Part shown: positions 50,286 through 64,000 of the stretch, one piece after another
Layout of the letters: every line of letters starts with the position of its first letter
Position numbering within the stretch: position 1 is the first letter of the stretch
Notes under the pieces: generated by a model
Databases searched by the model: none
What the model saw: the letters and a program-made list of their open reading frames with translations, nothing else
What the model was told of the DNA's origin: nothing
Translations under genes and position numbers: made by a program
NCBI GenBank assembly: GCA_964016885.1
Contig: CAXHJY010000001.1
Span: 496,001 to 560,000, forward strand
Reading direction: 5' to 3'
Length of the DNA stretch: 64,000 nucleotides
Source: Eledone cirrhosa
Taxonomy: Eukaryota

Positions 50286-50771
50286 CTTTAATTAATCTAA
50301 TTATATCTTGTGTAACAATTATATATATATACACAAGTTTATTTCCCCGACATCAGTCTTACACTGTCATATCTATTCTTACTTTACAATTGTGTCTACT
50401 AAGAGTTCCATTACAATCTGTAGTAGTAAAACTACTATTTCACCAGAACATCTGCTATCAGTCATTTATAGACAATATATATATTTTAGACCACATATCA
50501 ACCTAATCTATATATATTTCCTATCAAATCTGTAGCTAAAGATATAAAGTCATCCTCACTACTTCATTCTGACAAGATATCAATTTATGACTAAAGATGA
50601 AGAAGATACACCAACGTTAATGTCGGGAAATAAAGCTGATAACATTGAAACTTCTAATTTGATAACAAAGAGATTATTTCTTTGGTTGTTTAGTAACAAC
50701 TAACAACACAACACATTGATTATATGTGAAGGAGGTAAGTTGACAAAGATTTACTTGAAGTCTATAATAAT

Positions 50772-50936
50772 TGTTTCTACTTTAGGCACAAGACCAGCAA
50801 TTACCCAGTGCATTACTGGTACTTTATTTTATCGACCCCCTAAGGATGAAAGACAAAGTCAACCTCGGCGGGATTTGAACTCAGATCGTAAAGGTACGTA
50901 ACTATGCTGGAAAGCATGGCGTCTGACCCTCTACCG
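50772..50936 (-). mobile_element. 5'-truncated SINE with a 19-bp target-site duplication
   Basis: acttgaagtctataataat at 50753-50771 and 50937-50955. Confidence 0.82.
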
Positions 50937-50955
50937 ACTTGAAGTCTATAATAAT

Positions 50956-51692
50956 GATAGCCACAATTACTAACTGCTATATAGTACATTAGATAATGTA
51001 GTCCTAGGTACACTATGTCTGATAGCCATTATACTGTACATTATATAATGTAGTCCTAGGTACACTATCTGATAGCCACTATACTGTACATTAGACAATG
51101 TAGTCCTAGGTACACTATGTCTGATAGCCACTATACTGTACATTATATAATGTAGTCCTAGATACACTATGTCTGATAGCCACTATACTGTACATTAGAT
51201 AATGTAGTCCTAGGTACACTATGTCTAATAGCTACTATACTGTACATTAGATAATGTAATCCTAGATACACTATGTCTGATAGACACTATACTGTACATT
51301 AGATAATGTAGTCCTAGATACACTATGTCTGATAGCCACTATACTGTACATTAGATAATGTAGTCCGAGGTACACTATGTCTGATAGCCACTATACTGTA
51401 CATTAGATAATGTAGTCCTAGGTACACTATGTCTGATAGACACTATACTGTACATTAGATAATGTAGTCCTAGGTACACTATGTCTGATAGCCATTAATA
51501 CTAATTTCTATACTGTACATTAGATAATGTAGTCCTAGTTACACTATGTCTTATAGCCAGTAATACTAATTTCTATACTGTACATTAGATAATGTAGTCC
51601 TAGATATACTATGTCTTATAGCCACTAATACTAACTACTGTACTGTACATTAGATAATGTAATCCTAGATACACTATGTCTGATAGTCACTA
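50956..51692. repeat. 52-bp minisatellite
   Basis: Unit tatactgtacattagataatgtagtcctaggtacactatgtctgatagccac. Confidence 0.93.
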
Positions 51693-52551
51693 GTATATAC
51701 GTAGTTCTCAGGGAGATTCAGCAAGACGTATGGCATGGCTTCCCTTTGAAATACATGTAGAACCCATCTTATATTATAATGTGTCTGAGTATTTCATTGA
51801 CACGTATACCGTTGACATTCTTCTCAGGGAGATTCAGTGTGACAATTCTATGTAACAACATTTCCACTATAATTATTACAACTTATTATTTTTGCCAGCT
51901 GGGTGAAATAAAACAATGAGAAATAAAGTGTCTTGTTCAAGGCCCCGACGTACAGACCACCCGGTATGGGATTCGAACTCACGAACCATACGTTCATGTA
52001 TTGCGTGCTATCACCGCCTAAATCCGGTTTCCTCCACACAAAATACACCGGAATATTTTCATCCGGATTAATTCAGGAACAAGAATTACGATAAGTCGCT
52101 GAGAGTGATCTCCCTTGGCTGACTTTAAAATCTTTACTTCTTCCATTAGAAATTAATTTGTTTCATGTCCGATTGAAAGACTCTGGAGTTTTTACCTGTC
52201 TTGGGTTTAATTAATGAGGAATTTTGAGGTATTTATAACAATTATTAATTATTTCATTACTGAGATATCATTTGAAGGATTTACTGAAGTTTTTAATTAT
52301 TAATTATTTTATTAGTAACTTAACATGTGGTTCTTGTATAAAATTATGTTGGAAGATTTTAGGAAGAAGATATGTAGCCGGTCTCAGTAAAATAGACTCC
52401 GAGGCTATGTAGCCGGTAAGTGCGTCAAACACCGTGTGTTGCGGCCCTTTATGGTCTGAATTGAGACAATTTAAATTTTTTTCCACCATGAATTGTTAAA
52501 AAACAAGTTAAAATCTTTTAGTTGTCCATTCGTAACGTACGTTACACTTTA

Positions 52552-54955
52552 GTTACATACACACACATCTACTGTGTTACATACATGCATGTACTGTATT
52601 ACATACACACAGATCTACTGTGTTACATACACACAGATCTACTGTGTTACATATACACACACATCTAGTGTGTTACATACACATACATATACTGTTACAT
52701 ACACACATCTACTGTGTTACATCCACACACATCTACTGTGTTATATATACACACATCTACTGTGTTATATATACACATCTACTGTGTTACATACACATCT
52801 ACTGTGTTACATACACACACATCTGTTACATACACACACATCTACTGTGTTATATATACACATCTACTGTGTTACATACACATCTACTGTGTTATATATA
52901 CACATCTACTGTGTTACATATACACACATCTACTGTGTTATATATACACATCTACTGTGTTACATACACATCTACTGTGTTATATATACACACACATCTA
53001 GTGTGTTACATACACATACTGTGTTACACACACACACATCTACTGTGTTACATACACACACATCTGCTGAGTTACATACACACACATCTACTGTGTTACA
53101 TACACACATCTGCTGAGTTACATACACACATCTGTGTTACATACACACACATCTACTATGTTATATATACACATCTACTGTGTTACATACACATCTACTG
53201 TGTTACATACACACATCTACTGTGTTACATATACACACATCTACTGTGTTATATATACACATCTACTGTGTTACATACACATCTACTGTGTTATATATAC
53301 ACACACATCTAGTGTGTTACATACACATACTGTGTTACACACACACACACACATCTACTGTGTTATATATACACACACATCTACTGTGTTATATACACAC
53401 ACACATCTAGTGTGTTACAATCACATACTGTGTTACACACACACACACATCTACTGTGTTCCATACACACACATCTGCTGAGTTACATACACACACATCT
53501 ACTGTGTTACACACACACATCTGCTGAGTTACATACACACATCTGTGTTACATACACACACATCTACTATGTTATATATACACATCTACTGTGTTACATA
53601 CACATCTAATGTGTTACATACACACATCTACTTGTTACATACACACACATCTGCTGAGTTACATACACACACATCTACTGTGTTACACACACACATCTGC
53701 TGTGTTACATACACACATCTACTTGTTACATACACACACATCTGTGTTACATACACACACATCTACTGTGTTATATATACACATCTACTGTGTTACACAT
53801 ACACATCTACGGTGTTATATACACACATCTACTTGTTACATACACACACATCTGTGTTACATACACATCTACTGTGTTATATATACACACACATCTAGTC
53901 TGTTACATACACATACTGTGTTACACACACACACACATCTACTGTGTTACATACACACACATCTGCTGAGTTACATACACACACATCTGCTGAGTTACAT
54001 ACACACACATCTACTGTGTTACACACACACATCTGCTGAGTTACATACACACATCTGTGTTACATACACACACATCCACTATGGTATATATACACATCTA
54101 CTGTGTTACATACACATCTACTGTGTTACATACACACATCTACTTGTTACATACACACACATCTGTGTTACATACACACACATCTACTGTGTTATATATA
54201 CACATCTACTGTGTTACATATACACACATCTACTGTGTTATATATACACTGTGTTACATACACATCTACTGTGTTACATACACATCTACTGTGTTATATA
54301 TACACACACATCTAGTGTGTTACATACACATACTGTGTTACACACACATCTACTGTGTTACATACACACACATCTGCTGAGTTACATACACACACATCTA
54401 CTGTGTTACACACACACACATCTACTGTGTTACACACACACATCTGCTGAGTTACATACACACATCTGTGTTACATAGACACACATCTACTATGTTATAT
54501 ATACACATCTACTGTGTTACATACACACATCTACTGTGTTACATACACACACATCTGTGTTACATACACACACATCTACTGTGTTATATATACACATCTG
54601 TGTTACATACACATCTACTGTGTTATATATACACATCTACTGTGTTACATATACACACATCTACTGTGTTATATATACACATCTACTGTGTTACATACAC
54701 ATCTACTGTGTTATATATACACACACATCTAGTGTGTTACATACACATACATATACTGTGTTACACACACACACACATCTACTGTGTTACATACACACAC
54801 ATCTGCTGAGTTACATACACACACATCTACTGTGTTACACACACACATCTGCTGAGTTACATACACACACATCTACTGGGTTACATACACACACATCTAT
54901 TGTGTTACATACACACACATCTACTGTGTTACACACACACACATCTACACATACA
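52552..54955. repeat. Compound mini/microsatellite (catctactgtgtta + variable (ca)n/(ta)n)
   Basis: Units of ~20-28 bp across 2.4 kb. Confidence 0.95.
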
Positions 54956-55407
54956 TATTTCTAAATAGACACACAATACAAAATAATTATTGCATACACA
55001 CATCTATGTAATGATTGAGGAAGGAATTGCCTGGTGAACAATTTACTAAAATTATTATTTCATTACTAAGATAATGTGTGAATACGCAATTATATGTGTG
55101 TGTGTATATATATATAAACTGTATATATACAGTATATATATAGTATACAAAAGATGTAGTGGGATAATGAGTAGTCTTGGTCATAATAAACTACCGAATC
55201 AATATTTTTGTCACAATTACAACTTTTATTTCGACATATTTCATTAATATATAGTTATATTATTAAGTTAATGTGACCAACACGTTAATTTTATTTAGTC
55301 TCCACATTTTCTTCCATGTTTAACAGATTCTACAGAAAATTGTTAATAAAATACATGTATATTTATTTATACACATGTAGGAGATACGTTTAATGATATG
55401 TATATTA

Positions 55408-55482
55408 CAGTGTCCCCCCAAAATGTATACACACTTACATAGACTGTAGTTGAAGTGTGTATACATTTTTGGGGAGACCCTG
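55408..55482. mobile_element. 75-bp Tc1/mariner-type mini-MITE
   Basis: TA|cagtgtccccccaaaatgtatacacactt ... aagtgtgtatacatttttggggagaccctg|TA. Confidence 0.75.
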
Positions 55483-55742
55483 TATATATTTTATATACAC
55501 ATATATGTTAAAAGAAAAAATATATATATATATATTTATTATTTGTCTGACCCGAATTTTCTTTGTCGTTTTTTTCGGCTGTGCGAATGATTTTAAGCAT
55601 TATCTCAGTGTGTTGGTATTTAAACGTTAGTTATAGCTCTGGTTTATCCAAACTATTGAGCACTTTGATTGTGTTTCATTATTTCATGGGCCGAGATTCC
55701 GATTCTCGATAATTTATTTGTATATATATATATATATAAACA

Positions 55743-56122
55743 CACACCTCTCAAAGGCGATGACACGACCGTGACCTCTGGCGTCACGCAGTAATACAGA
55801 GTACCCGACCTCCCATGGGTTCAAGCTGAAGCATATAGACAATATGCCCCCACACCCTCCCACTGCAAAGTGGTCGTGGAGGTGCCACACAAAAAAAGCA
55901 CCCAGCCCACACTGTAAAGTGGACGTGTGGGCGCCACGGAAAAAAGCACGTAACACTCACTGTAAATGAGGTTGGTGTTAGGAAGGGCATCCGGCTGTAG
56001 AAAAGCCAAAATCAGTTCCTGTATGAGCAAGGCATGGTCAGCCGACCAGACACTGCCCACAACAGGACAACCCGTCTAACCCATGCTAGCATGGAAGAAC
56101 GGACGTAAAACGGTGATGATGA
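55743..56122 (+). mobile_element. RTE LINE 3' end
   Basis: Reverse complement of ~22165-22550; (gat)n tail. Confidence 0.88.
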
Positions 56123-56564
56123 TTTATAAAACTATATTTATTTTATTATACGATATTAACAAATGGAAACTATATTTATAAAACCATATCTATTTCATTA
56201 TACATATTTCAAGGATACCATGTTAAATTATGGTATGCTTTCATCAGACAAAATACAATATATAACAGTTTTATAAATAAATATTGACATACCCTTACAA
56301 AATGCAACCGTTACTTTTGGAAGACTCAGGGATAGTGGAGTTGTTTACTTATATTAGTATTTTTTAAATAAGTCGTTGTGTTACAGATAAGGAAAAAGAC
56401 AGAGAGAGAGAAAAGGGAGAAAGAAAGAAAGAAAACAAGAAAAAAGAAAAAGGAGAGAAAAACGAGAGAGATATATCAAAACACCAGACAGAGAGAAAAA
56501 TAGAGAGATAGAGAGAGGGGGAAAGAACGAAAACATTAAGTCATGTCATATTAAGTTAACTTAA

Positions 56565-57105
56565 CAGAGAGGCGGTTACGCTGGTATGGACATGTGATGC
56601 GTATGAAGGATGACAGCTGCATAAAAAGGTGCAGAGCACTAGAAGTTGATGGAAACCGCGGAGTGGGGAGACCCAAGATGACTTGGGATGAGGTGATAAA
56701 AGCCGACCTTACCCAACTACACCTCTCAAAGTCAATGACACACGACCGTGACTTCTGGCGTCACGCAGTAATACAGGGTACCCGACCTCCCATGGGTACA
56801 TGCTGAAGCATATAAACAATATGCCCCCCCCCCCCCCACCGCAAGGTGGTCGTGGAGGTGCCACGGCAAAAAAGCACCCAGCCCACACTGTAAAGTGGAC
56901 GTGTAGGCGCCACGAAAAAGCACCCAGCACTCACTGTAAATGAGGTTGGTGTTAGGAAGGGCATCCAGCTGTAGAAATCAAGCCAGATCAGTTCCTGTAT
57001 GAGCAAGGCATGGTCAGCCGACCAGACACTGCCCACAACAGGACAACCCGTCTAACCCATGCTAGCGTGGAAGAACGAACGTAAAACGGTGATGATGATG
57101 ATGAT
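56565..57105 (+). mobile_element. RTE LINE 3' end
   Basis: MRMKDDSCIKRCRALEVDGNRGVGRPKMTWDEVI is identical to the 22461-23612 ORF; (gat)n tail. Confidence 0.9.
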
Positions 57106-59089
57106 AACAATTGAGATGAAATGAATAAATAAAATTAGAAATATTAATAATCATGAATGGAATATACATACATAATATGAGAAATTAATCATTGTTTAAC
57201 TATGATTAGATATTTAGTTTAAAAATTGAGATCAATATATTAAAAATTGGAATCTAAACATTAAGAAATCTATATATTGCTAGAGAACTACATATCATAT
57301 AACACGTACACACACGCAAAAATACACATAAATATATATATACACACACTCACAAAATACACACCATATCTAACCACGTATATAATATATACATACAAAG
57401 CATAAATGAATTTTTAATTTAATGTTATCCATCCTTTGTGTTATTAAATAAAATATTTTTTATAACAATTTCTTTTTAATATATATATATAAATATATAA
57501 GATTAGCTGTTATGCATTTATGGCTGTTAGTTATGTCTATCTGCAATCAAATTGTATGGGTATACATGTACATGTACACACACAATTCTTACATATACAT
57601 ATATATACATGTGTGTGCATCCTCGGCCAATTGGTAGATACGCGTCACGCATGCATACATACAGACAGACATATATTCATAAAAATGCATAGAACACATG
57701 TACATGTATGTCAATATACACATATACATATATACTCACATATAGAGAGAAGTATAAATCAATATAGTACATAGTATAATTGAGTACATAAAATACAAAA
57801 GGATTGTTAATATCGTATGTTTATTCCAAATACTTGTTGAGTGCTTTATATCAGTTATAAACATATTTGCTTGTTGTATCCCAACAATTTAAATAGAACT
57901 TTTGCATATTTATTTTATTATATATATTTCAAGGGCGACCAAGTCAATCTTGGTGCTCTTTCATCAGATAAAATACAAAATTTGTTTTATAAATAACGAC
58001 ATACCCATGGAAATCAACCTTAACGGTCGGAAATTCCCTGGATAGGAGAAACTTATTAGGGGTAATTCAAAGTTATGTGTGAATATGCAAATGAATGTAT
58101 GAAAAATTGAAAAAACAACTGTTTATTTAAATTACGCTGGGGAAAGATAGGGAAGAAAGAGAAGAAAGAGAGAGAAAAAATTACTGTTATGAGATAGATA
58201 GAGAGATAGAGAGAAGAAAGACATTTATAGAGGATGAACTCATGTAACGTAAATAAGTATTAAGTTTATATTAATGTTACGTATATTTACTAATTATTGT
58301 TAGAATTCTAATATAATACAATATAATATTTACTATTATAAGTATATAGAAAAATAGATATATAGAAAAAATAAATATATATAAAGACATTGAATAATAA
58401 ATTGAAAATAAATAGATATAAAGTAGAAAATAGGAGAATCAATAGATAGAAGAATAGATATATGAGTGGATAAATGGCTATATCATGTTATAGATAATTG
58501 TTTAAATAAGTTATGAGGGATACTGGTTTATATTTAGTGTAAGTAATTAAATTAACTGAGTTAATAAGATTATTTATATGTTTTTAATGTTTTAAATTAG
58601 GAAGATACTGAAAAACCCAGCTTTGTTTATTTATTAGTTAGTATGAGACCATTTTGACGAAGATATAAATGTTGAAAGATATATTTAGCCAGAATTAGTT
58701 ATTGGTTATAACTCTAATATTAAATAATTAAAAAATATTAAAAATATTAAAATATTAAAAGTTCTGGAAAAAATTTCTGGAAAAATAAAAAAAAAAATGT
58801 TTTTTAATCTCAGAAGATACTCAAAAAACCCTTTTAACAAAATAAAATACTTAAAAAGTACTTAAACTATTTAAAATGTTTAAAAATATTAAAAAAATAT
58901 TTAAAAATATTAAAATATTTTAAATAATCATTAAAAAGTAATTTTTTTAAGAAATAAATAATAATTTTTTAAAATAAGTAATTTTTAAATATATGAGATA
59001 GTTTAGAAGTAAAATAAAAATGAGATATTTTAGAAGTAAACTAAAAAATGGTGTCAAGTCATGTCACCAATTTGATCACTTTGAAGGGT

Positions 59090-60690
59090 GCTTCGGGTCC
59101 CTTCAGTCTTGCCACTAGCACTAGCATGACTACTTTACAGAGTGGGCTAGGGGCCTTCTGTCATGTCTACCTCACAGGGTGGACTGGGTGCTTATTTGTC
59201 ATGTCATCAGCATGACTACCTTGCAGGGAGGGTTAGGTGTTCTTTTGTCATGTTACCTAACAGAGAGGACTTGGTGCTCTTTTGTCATGACACCTGCATG
59301 ACCACCTTACAGGGTTGCCTGAGGGTTTAGCCATTTCAGCAGCATTGGAGGAGAGCATGTTAAGCTTTCCTTACTTGTATACATGGGTTGGTCAAGAGAG
59401 GTGTATCAGATGTGAAAGTGGGGGTGGGGTTGTATGTATGTAGAGTGGGGATTGGAGAGGTAGGTCAGGGTGGTGTACTTAGCTGGTAAGGGGGTGGAGT
59501 GTTAAGATGTGAAAGGGAATAAAATTGGAGCATACTTCAAACCACTAAATGTTGTGTCAACCCGTGCACATGGGAATGCAGGTCTCCTGCAGTACTGTAT
59601 AACGCCAGAGATTTCAATCCTGTGTCATCACCTTTGAGAGGTACAATGGTGTCAGGTCAGTTTTTACCTCCACATCCCAAGCATTCCTAGGTCTTCCTCT
59701 TCCATCAATTTCAAGTGGTCAACCTTTTATACAGCATCTCTACCTTCATACACATCACATGTCCATACCACAGCAATCTCCTCTCCTGCATACTGTATCT
59801 TTTCCCTCTCATGCCCAGGTTCTCTCTCAGTTTATTTACACTTTCCCCTTCATGTATATTAATATTACACATCCATCGGAGAATTCAAGCTTCATTTCTA
59901 TCCAATCTTCTGGGGTCCTCACTGCAATGCAGCATTGCTGTTTATATGCACACATCAATTTGGTGAAACAACCTTTTGTAGCTAGCAGCAGTAGTAACAC
60001 CCTAAACCTCTGCCATCTTGTTCTTACTCTTGTTACTGTACTTTCAGAACACCTACCTCCACTGCTTATTTGATACCCCAGGTAACAGAAACTGTCAACT
60101 GCTTCTATGGAACCCTTTAAATATTTGATAGAGCTTGTCTCCTAAACGTGATTGCTGCTTACTTCTCCAGCGCAGTGAACCAATGTAAAACCTACGTTCT
60201 TAGCTAACTTACCATGTATGTGTGACCATTGGTTTCTGAGTCAAGTTATGGCACCATTGTTTATTAGGCGAGGCACTTCCAAACAGACCATTCATAAAGT
60301 ATGCTGACAAATATATTTTGCAATCTAGGTGAGTTAATTAGAAGTGGAGGGGGCTGCTCTGAAAGATGTATAGCTAGAATAAGGATAGGATGGAAAAAGT
60401 TTAGAGAGCTACTGCAACAGTTGACCACAAAAGGTTTCTCTCTCTCTGTACAAAAGGACAACTGTATGACACATGTGGGTGATATGCAATGATGCATGGT
60501 AACGAAATAAGGGCTGTGACTGCAGAGGTTATGTAGACTGGAGAGATATGAAACAACCATGCTTTGTAGGATATGTTGTGTAAGTGTGAGAGAAAGGGAG
60601 AGCTTGGACAAGTTGAAGAAGAAGCTGGGTTTAAGAGTGAGCTGAAGTGGTGTGTAAGAGAGAAGACTGTGTTTGTACAGACATAAAATG
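59090..60690. mobile_element. Two old RTE fragments in opposite orientation (minus ~59090-60240; plus ~60300-60690)
   Basis: The plus fragment reads SGGGCSERCIARIRIGWKKFRELL; the minus fragment aligns to ~22500-23200. Confidence 0.75.
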
Positions 60691-60809
60691 AAAGGAGAAT
60701 TTCTTAGTAAAACAGGTTTATTCAAAATATTAACAACATTGATGGCACTATTTTAGGTGAGTGACATGGTTTTTATCTAATTGTGTTGCATTAAGTAATC
60801 TTTATAAGA

Positions 60810-61846
60810 GAAAGATGTACCACAGACATCACAGTGATATAGTTCCTCTCCTGTATATGTTAGTGTCTAATTAAACCACAACATTTAGAGAAGGATTTAT
60901 CACAGACATCACAGTGATATGGTTCCTCTCCTGTATGTATATGTTGGTGTCTAGTGAAACCACAACATTTAGAGAAGGATTTATCACAGACATCACAGTG
61001 ATATGGTTCCTCTCCTGTAGATGTTGGTGTCTAGTGAAGCCACAACATTTAGAGAATGATGTACCAAATATATCAAAGTGATATGGCTTCCCAGCTGTAT
61101 GTATATGTGTGTGTGTAGTTAATGTAACATTCAAAGAGAAGGATTTCCCTAAGATGTTACAATGATATGTATTTGTATTCTCATTAATTCACAAATTTGA
61201 GAGAAGGATTTATCACTGATGTCAATGCATTATGATTTCTCTTCTGCATGTATACATTTGTGAGTAGTTAGGCTACTTTTCCCAGAGAATGATATACCAC
61301 AGATATCACAGTGATATGGCTTGTCTCCTGTATGTATACGTTTGTGAGTAGTTAAGGTACCACTTTGAGAGAATGATTTATCACAGATATCACAGTGATA
61401 TGGCTTCTCTTCTCTAACCTTTGTCATCTCACCAGCAATACTAAACACTTTAGATTGTGTTTCACATTTAATCTTCTTTGTCAATTTATTTGGCATAATG
61501 ATTTCTTCTTCAACAGAATATACAGATGTTTTTCTTGTAATATTTTTTATATTATATTTCTTATAAAATATTCTTCTATATTTCCCTCAACTGTGATTTC
61601 AGTTAATATCTGAAGATAATACAAACTTCTGTTTCATCCAAGTTTAGTTAAAATACAAAACCATCTTATAGTGAAGAAAATAAACTCAGTTTTGAGGAAA
61701 TATTTCACAGTAATTGAACTATAGATTTATATAAACAGTGTTATATAAGTTCTGTTTAGAAGGTTTTAGTCTTCAAATGATGATAAATAGAGATGATGTA
61801 TCCAAGATTGAAAATAATAATTTATCCCAATGTCATCTGATATTCT
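60810..61846 (-). pseudogene. Decayed tandem C2H2 zinc-finger gene exon
   Basis: [54 protein letters not shown], then stops and frameshifted fingers; candidate acceptor cttatttcag near 61846. Confidence 0.82.
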
Positions 61847-63091
61847 GAAATAAGAAAGAAACAGTATGAGATAATAGAGAATACTTTAGAAGCAGAGATA
61901 GATTTAACAGTGGAAATGTTATATTTCTATATTGGTAAACTGTAGATATCAACATTCTGTCCAGAGAAATTCTCTCCAATGTAAGCAGTGGTATTCCAGC
62001 ATGCTCTATAAATTATATCCTTCTATCACTTCAGAGGTCTGCTCTATGGCAGTTTAGCAAAAAATGCATTCTTATAGGACTTATAAGAAAGTAACAGTAT
62101 GAGATAATAGAGAATACTTAAAATGCAGGGATAGATTTAACAGTGGAAATTTTACGTTTTCACCATATTTCCTAGCATCAAAGACATTACTTTTTCCCTA
62201 ATATAAGTCCAAAATATCTACCATATGTCCTGGAGGCCGAAGGTTGATTATTATTTTTTTTCAAAAATTGGTCGTCATTGGCACCAGTAAGTACGGTACA
62301 TTGGTAAACTGTAGAAATATACCTGCGTCAGATTTACTTATTCATATAAACTAGCTACACCATCACTATAGCCCCTAGTACAGGGCCCCAAAACTGTGGT
62401 AACCTCGTGAGATGAGTTTGGAGCAGCTGACTGGCTACCCCCTCCTCACAATGGTGCCACCCAGTACCAGGCCCCCCAAAATTATAGTTCCACTGTGAGA
62501 TGAGTTCAGTGCAGCCAACTGGCCTGTCCCTCCTCATAACAGAGCCATCCAGTTCCACACTGTAAACATGGTTGATGTTAGGAAGGGAATCCAGCTGTAA
62601 AATACCCCACCAAATTTACAGACCTCACCTGAGCAAGGTGCGACACATGGCCAACCCTGGCCAGACTTGCCTCCTGGTGTGAATGACCCGTCTAACCCAT
62701 GCAAGAATGGAAAAATGGACGCTAAATGGTGATGATATATACATACACATATATATATATCTCACCCACACTGGACGTGTAGAAGACAGCAAAAAAGCAT
62801 CCAGCCCACACTTGCCTCTAAATGGGACCCGTCTAACACATGCTAGTGTGGAAGATGGACGTTAATTGAAGATGATGATGATGATATATAATTAAATGTT
62901 GTAGTTTGTTTGAAGCATTCTATATAAAATATAACGTTGAAAGAGATAGAAGGCTAAACAATGCAAAATGGACAATAAGATGAGGTAAGGAAAAGTAAAA
63001 GTTACCTGGTAATCTTTGTTTTGTTTTTTTGTTGTTGTTCTTTTATCTGTCCAATATTTCGGGACCTAAAAGTCCTTTCTTCAGGGTTTAA

Positions 63092-63560
63092 GCCTTTAAC
63101 ATTTACATTATTCTATATATACTATTATATTTCCATGGTAATGTCTTTATCTCACATAACATTTACATTACTCTATATATACTATTATATTTCCATGGCA
63201 AAGTCTTTACCTCACATAATATCGAATCTGATATTATTTATATTGAGAACAATACTTTAACATCAGTATGAGTGGCCAGTTACGAGTGGTTTAAAAAGAA
63301 AAAGAGGACAGAACTCTGGCCAGTTATTGCCGGTTTAAATGTTAAAGGGTTAACCCTTTAGCATTCACATTATTTTATATATACTATTATATTTTCATGG
63401 TAAAGGCTTTATCTCACATAATATTGAATCTATCAGATTTTGAAAGTATTTATTTTGAGAACAATACTTTAACATCAGTCTGAGCAACCAGTTACAACGA
63501 GTTTCAACAGAAAGAGGTAGAGAATTCTGGCCAGTTTGGGCTGGTTTGTACACTAAAGGG
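63092..63560. mobile_element. Two tandem piggyBac-like MITEs sharing one TTAA (63350-63353)
   Basis: ...aaaggg TTAA cccttt...; outer TTAA at 63088 and 63561. Confidence 0.8.
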
Positions 63561-63661
63561 TTAAGCAACTTTCAGTGGATAATGTTCCAATTTCCTCTCT
63601 TTGGGATTAATTTTGGATTTTGATTAACATTTTTTCTAAGTTGTTTTCAAGCATTTTATAA

Positions 63662-64000
63662 AATTGATGGAAGCTATGAAGTAGGAAGACCTGGGATGAG
63701 GTGATAATAGCTGACCTGACACAATTGATGGAAGCTATAGAGTAGGAAGACCTGGGATGAGGTGATAAAAGCTGACCTGACACAATTGATGGAAGCTATG
63801 AAGTATGAAGACCTGGGATGAGGTGATAACAGCTGACCTCACACAATTGATGGAAGCTATGGAGTAGGAAGACCTGGGATGAGGTGATAACAGCTGACCT
63901 GACACGATTGATGGAAGCTATAGAGTAGGAAGACCTGGGATGAGGTGATAACAGCTGACCTCACACAATTGATGGAAGCTATAGAGTAGGAAGACCTGGG
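63662..64000 (+). repeat. ~59-61-bp minisatellite derived from the RTE ORF 3' end
   Basis: aattgatggaagctatagagtaggaagacctgggatgaggtgataacagctgacct resembles 56645-56710. Confidence 0.85.

Noticed and set aside
52574-54964. His/Thr/Tyr/Cys-rich ORFs
   Set aside because: Products of a compound (CA)/(TA) repeat, open in several frames.
58550-59045. Mitochondrial control-region NUMT
   Set aside because: Only extreme AT richness; I recognised no mitochondrial gene or tRNA next to it.

Overview
Eukaryotic, AT-rich, repeat-dense genomic DNA. It is most likely from a coleoid cephalopod such as an octopus; this is inferred from the [13 protein letters not shown]-type C2H2 fingers and the SINE/microsatellite content. 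No prokaryotic genes or CRISPR arrays are present. From 475 to 28118 (+ strand) there are eleven homologous exons of exactly 138 nt, each phase 1-1 and each encoding one 8-Cys EGF/laminin-EGF-like module, as in MEGF10/CED-1/SCARF-type ectodomains. Four are damaged: two carry stops at the same codon, one is split by a CR1 LINE, and one has lost a cysteine. The array is visibly evolving. A two-exon block was duplicated through a chimeric SINE, and half of an exon has expanded into a ~4.6 kb 54-bp minisatellite. The rest of the window is mostly mobile DNA: CR1 and several RTE-type LINEs (one ends in three C2H2 fingers, one is a single stop from an intact ORF), a Penelope element with inverted pLTRs and a hammerhead-like motif, a Helitron joined head-to-tail to a deletion derivative, piggyBac/hAT/Tc1-type MITEs, tRNA-derived SINEs, a 5S rRNA fragment, many minisatellites and a decayed C2H2 zinc-finger gene. 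Most long ORFs in the supplied track over 2.6-11.7 kb and 52.5-55 kb are repeat artefacts.
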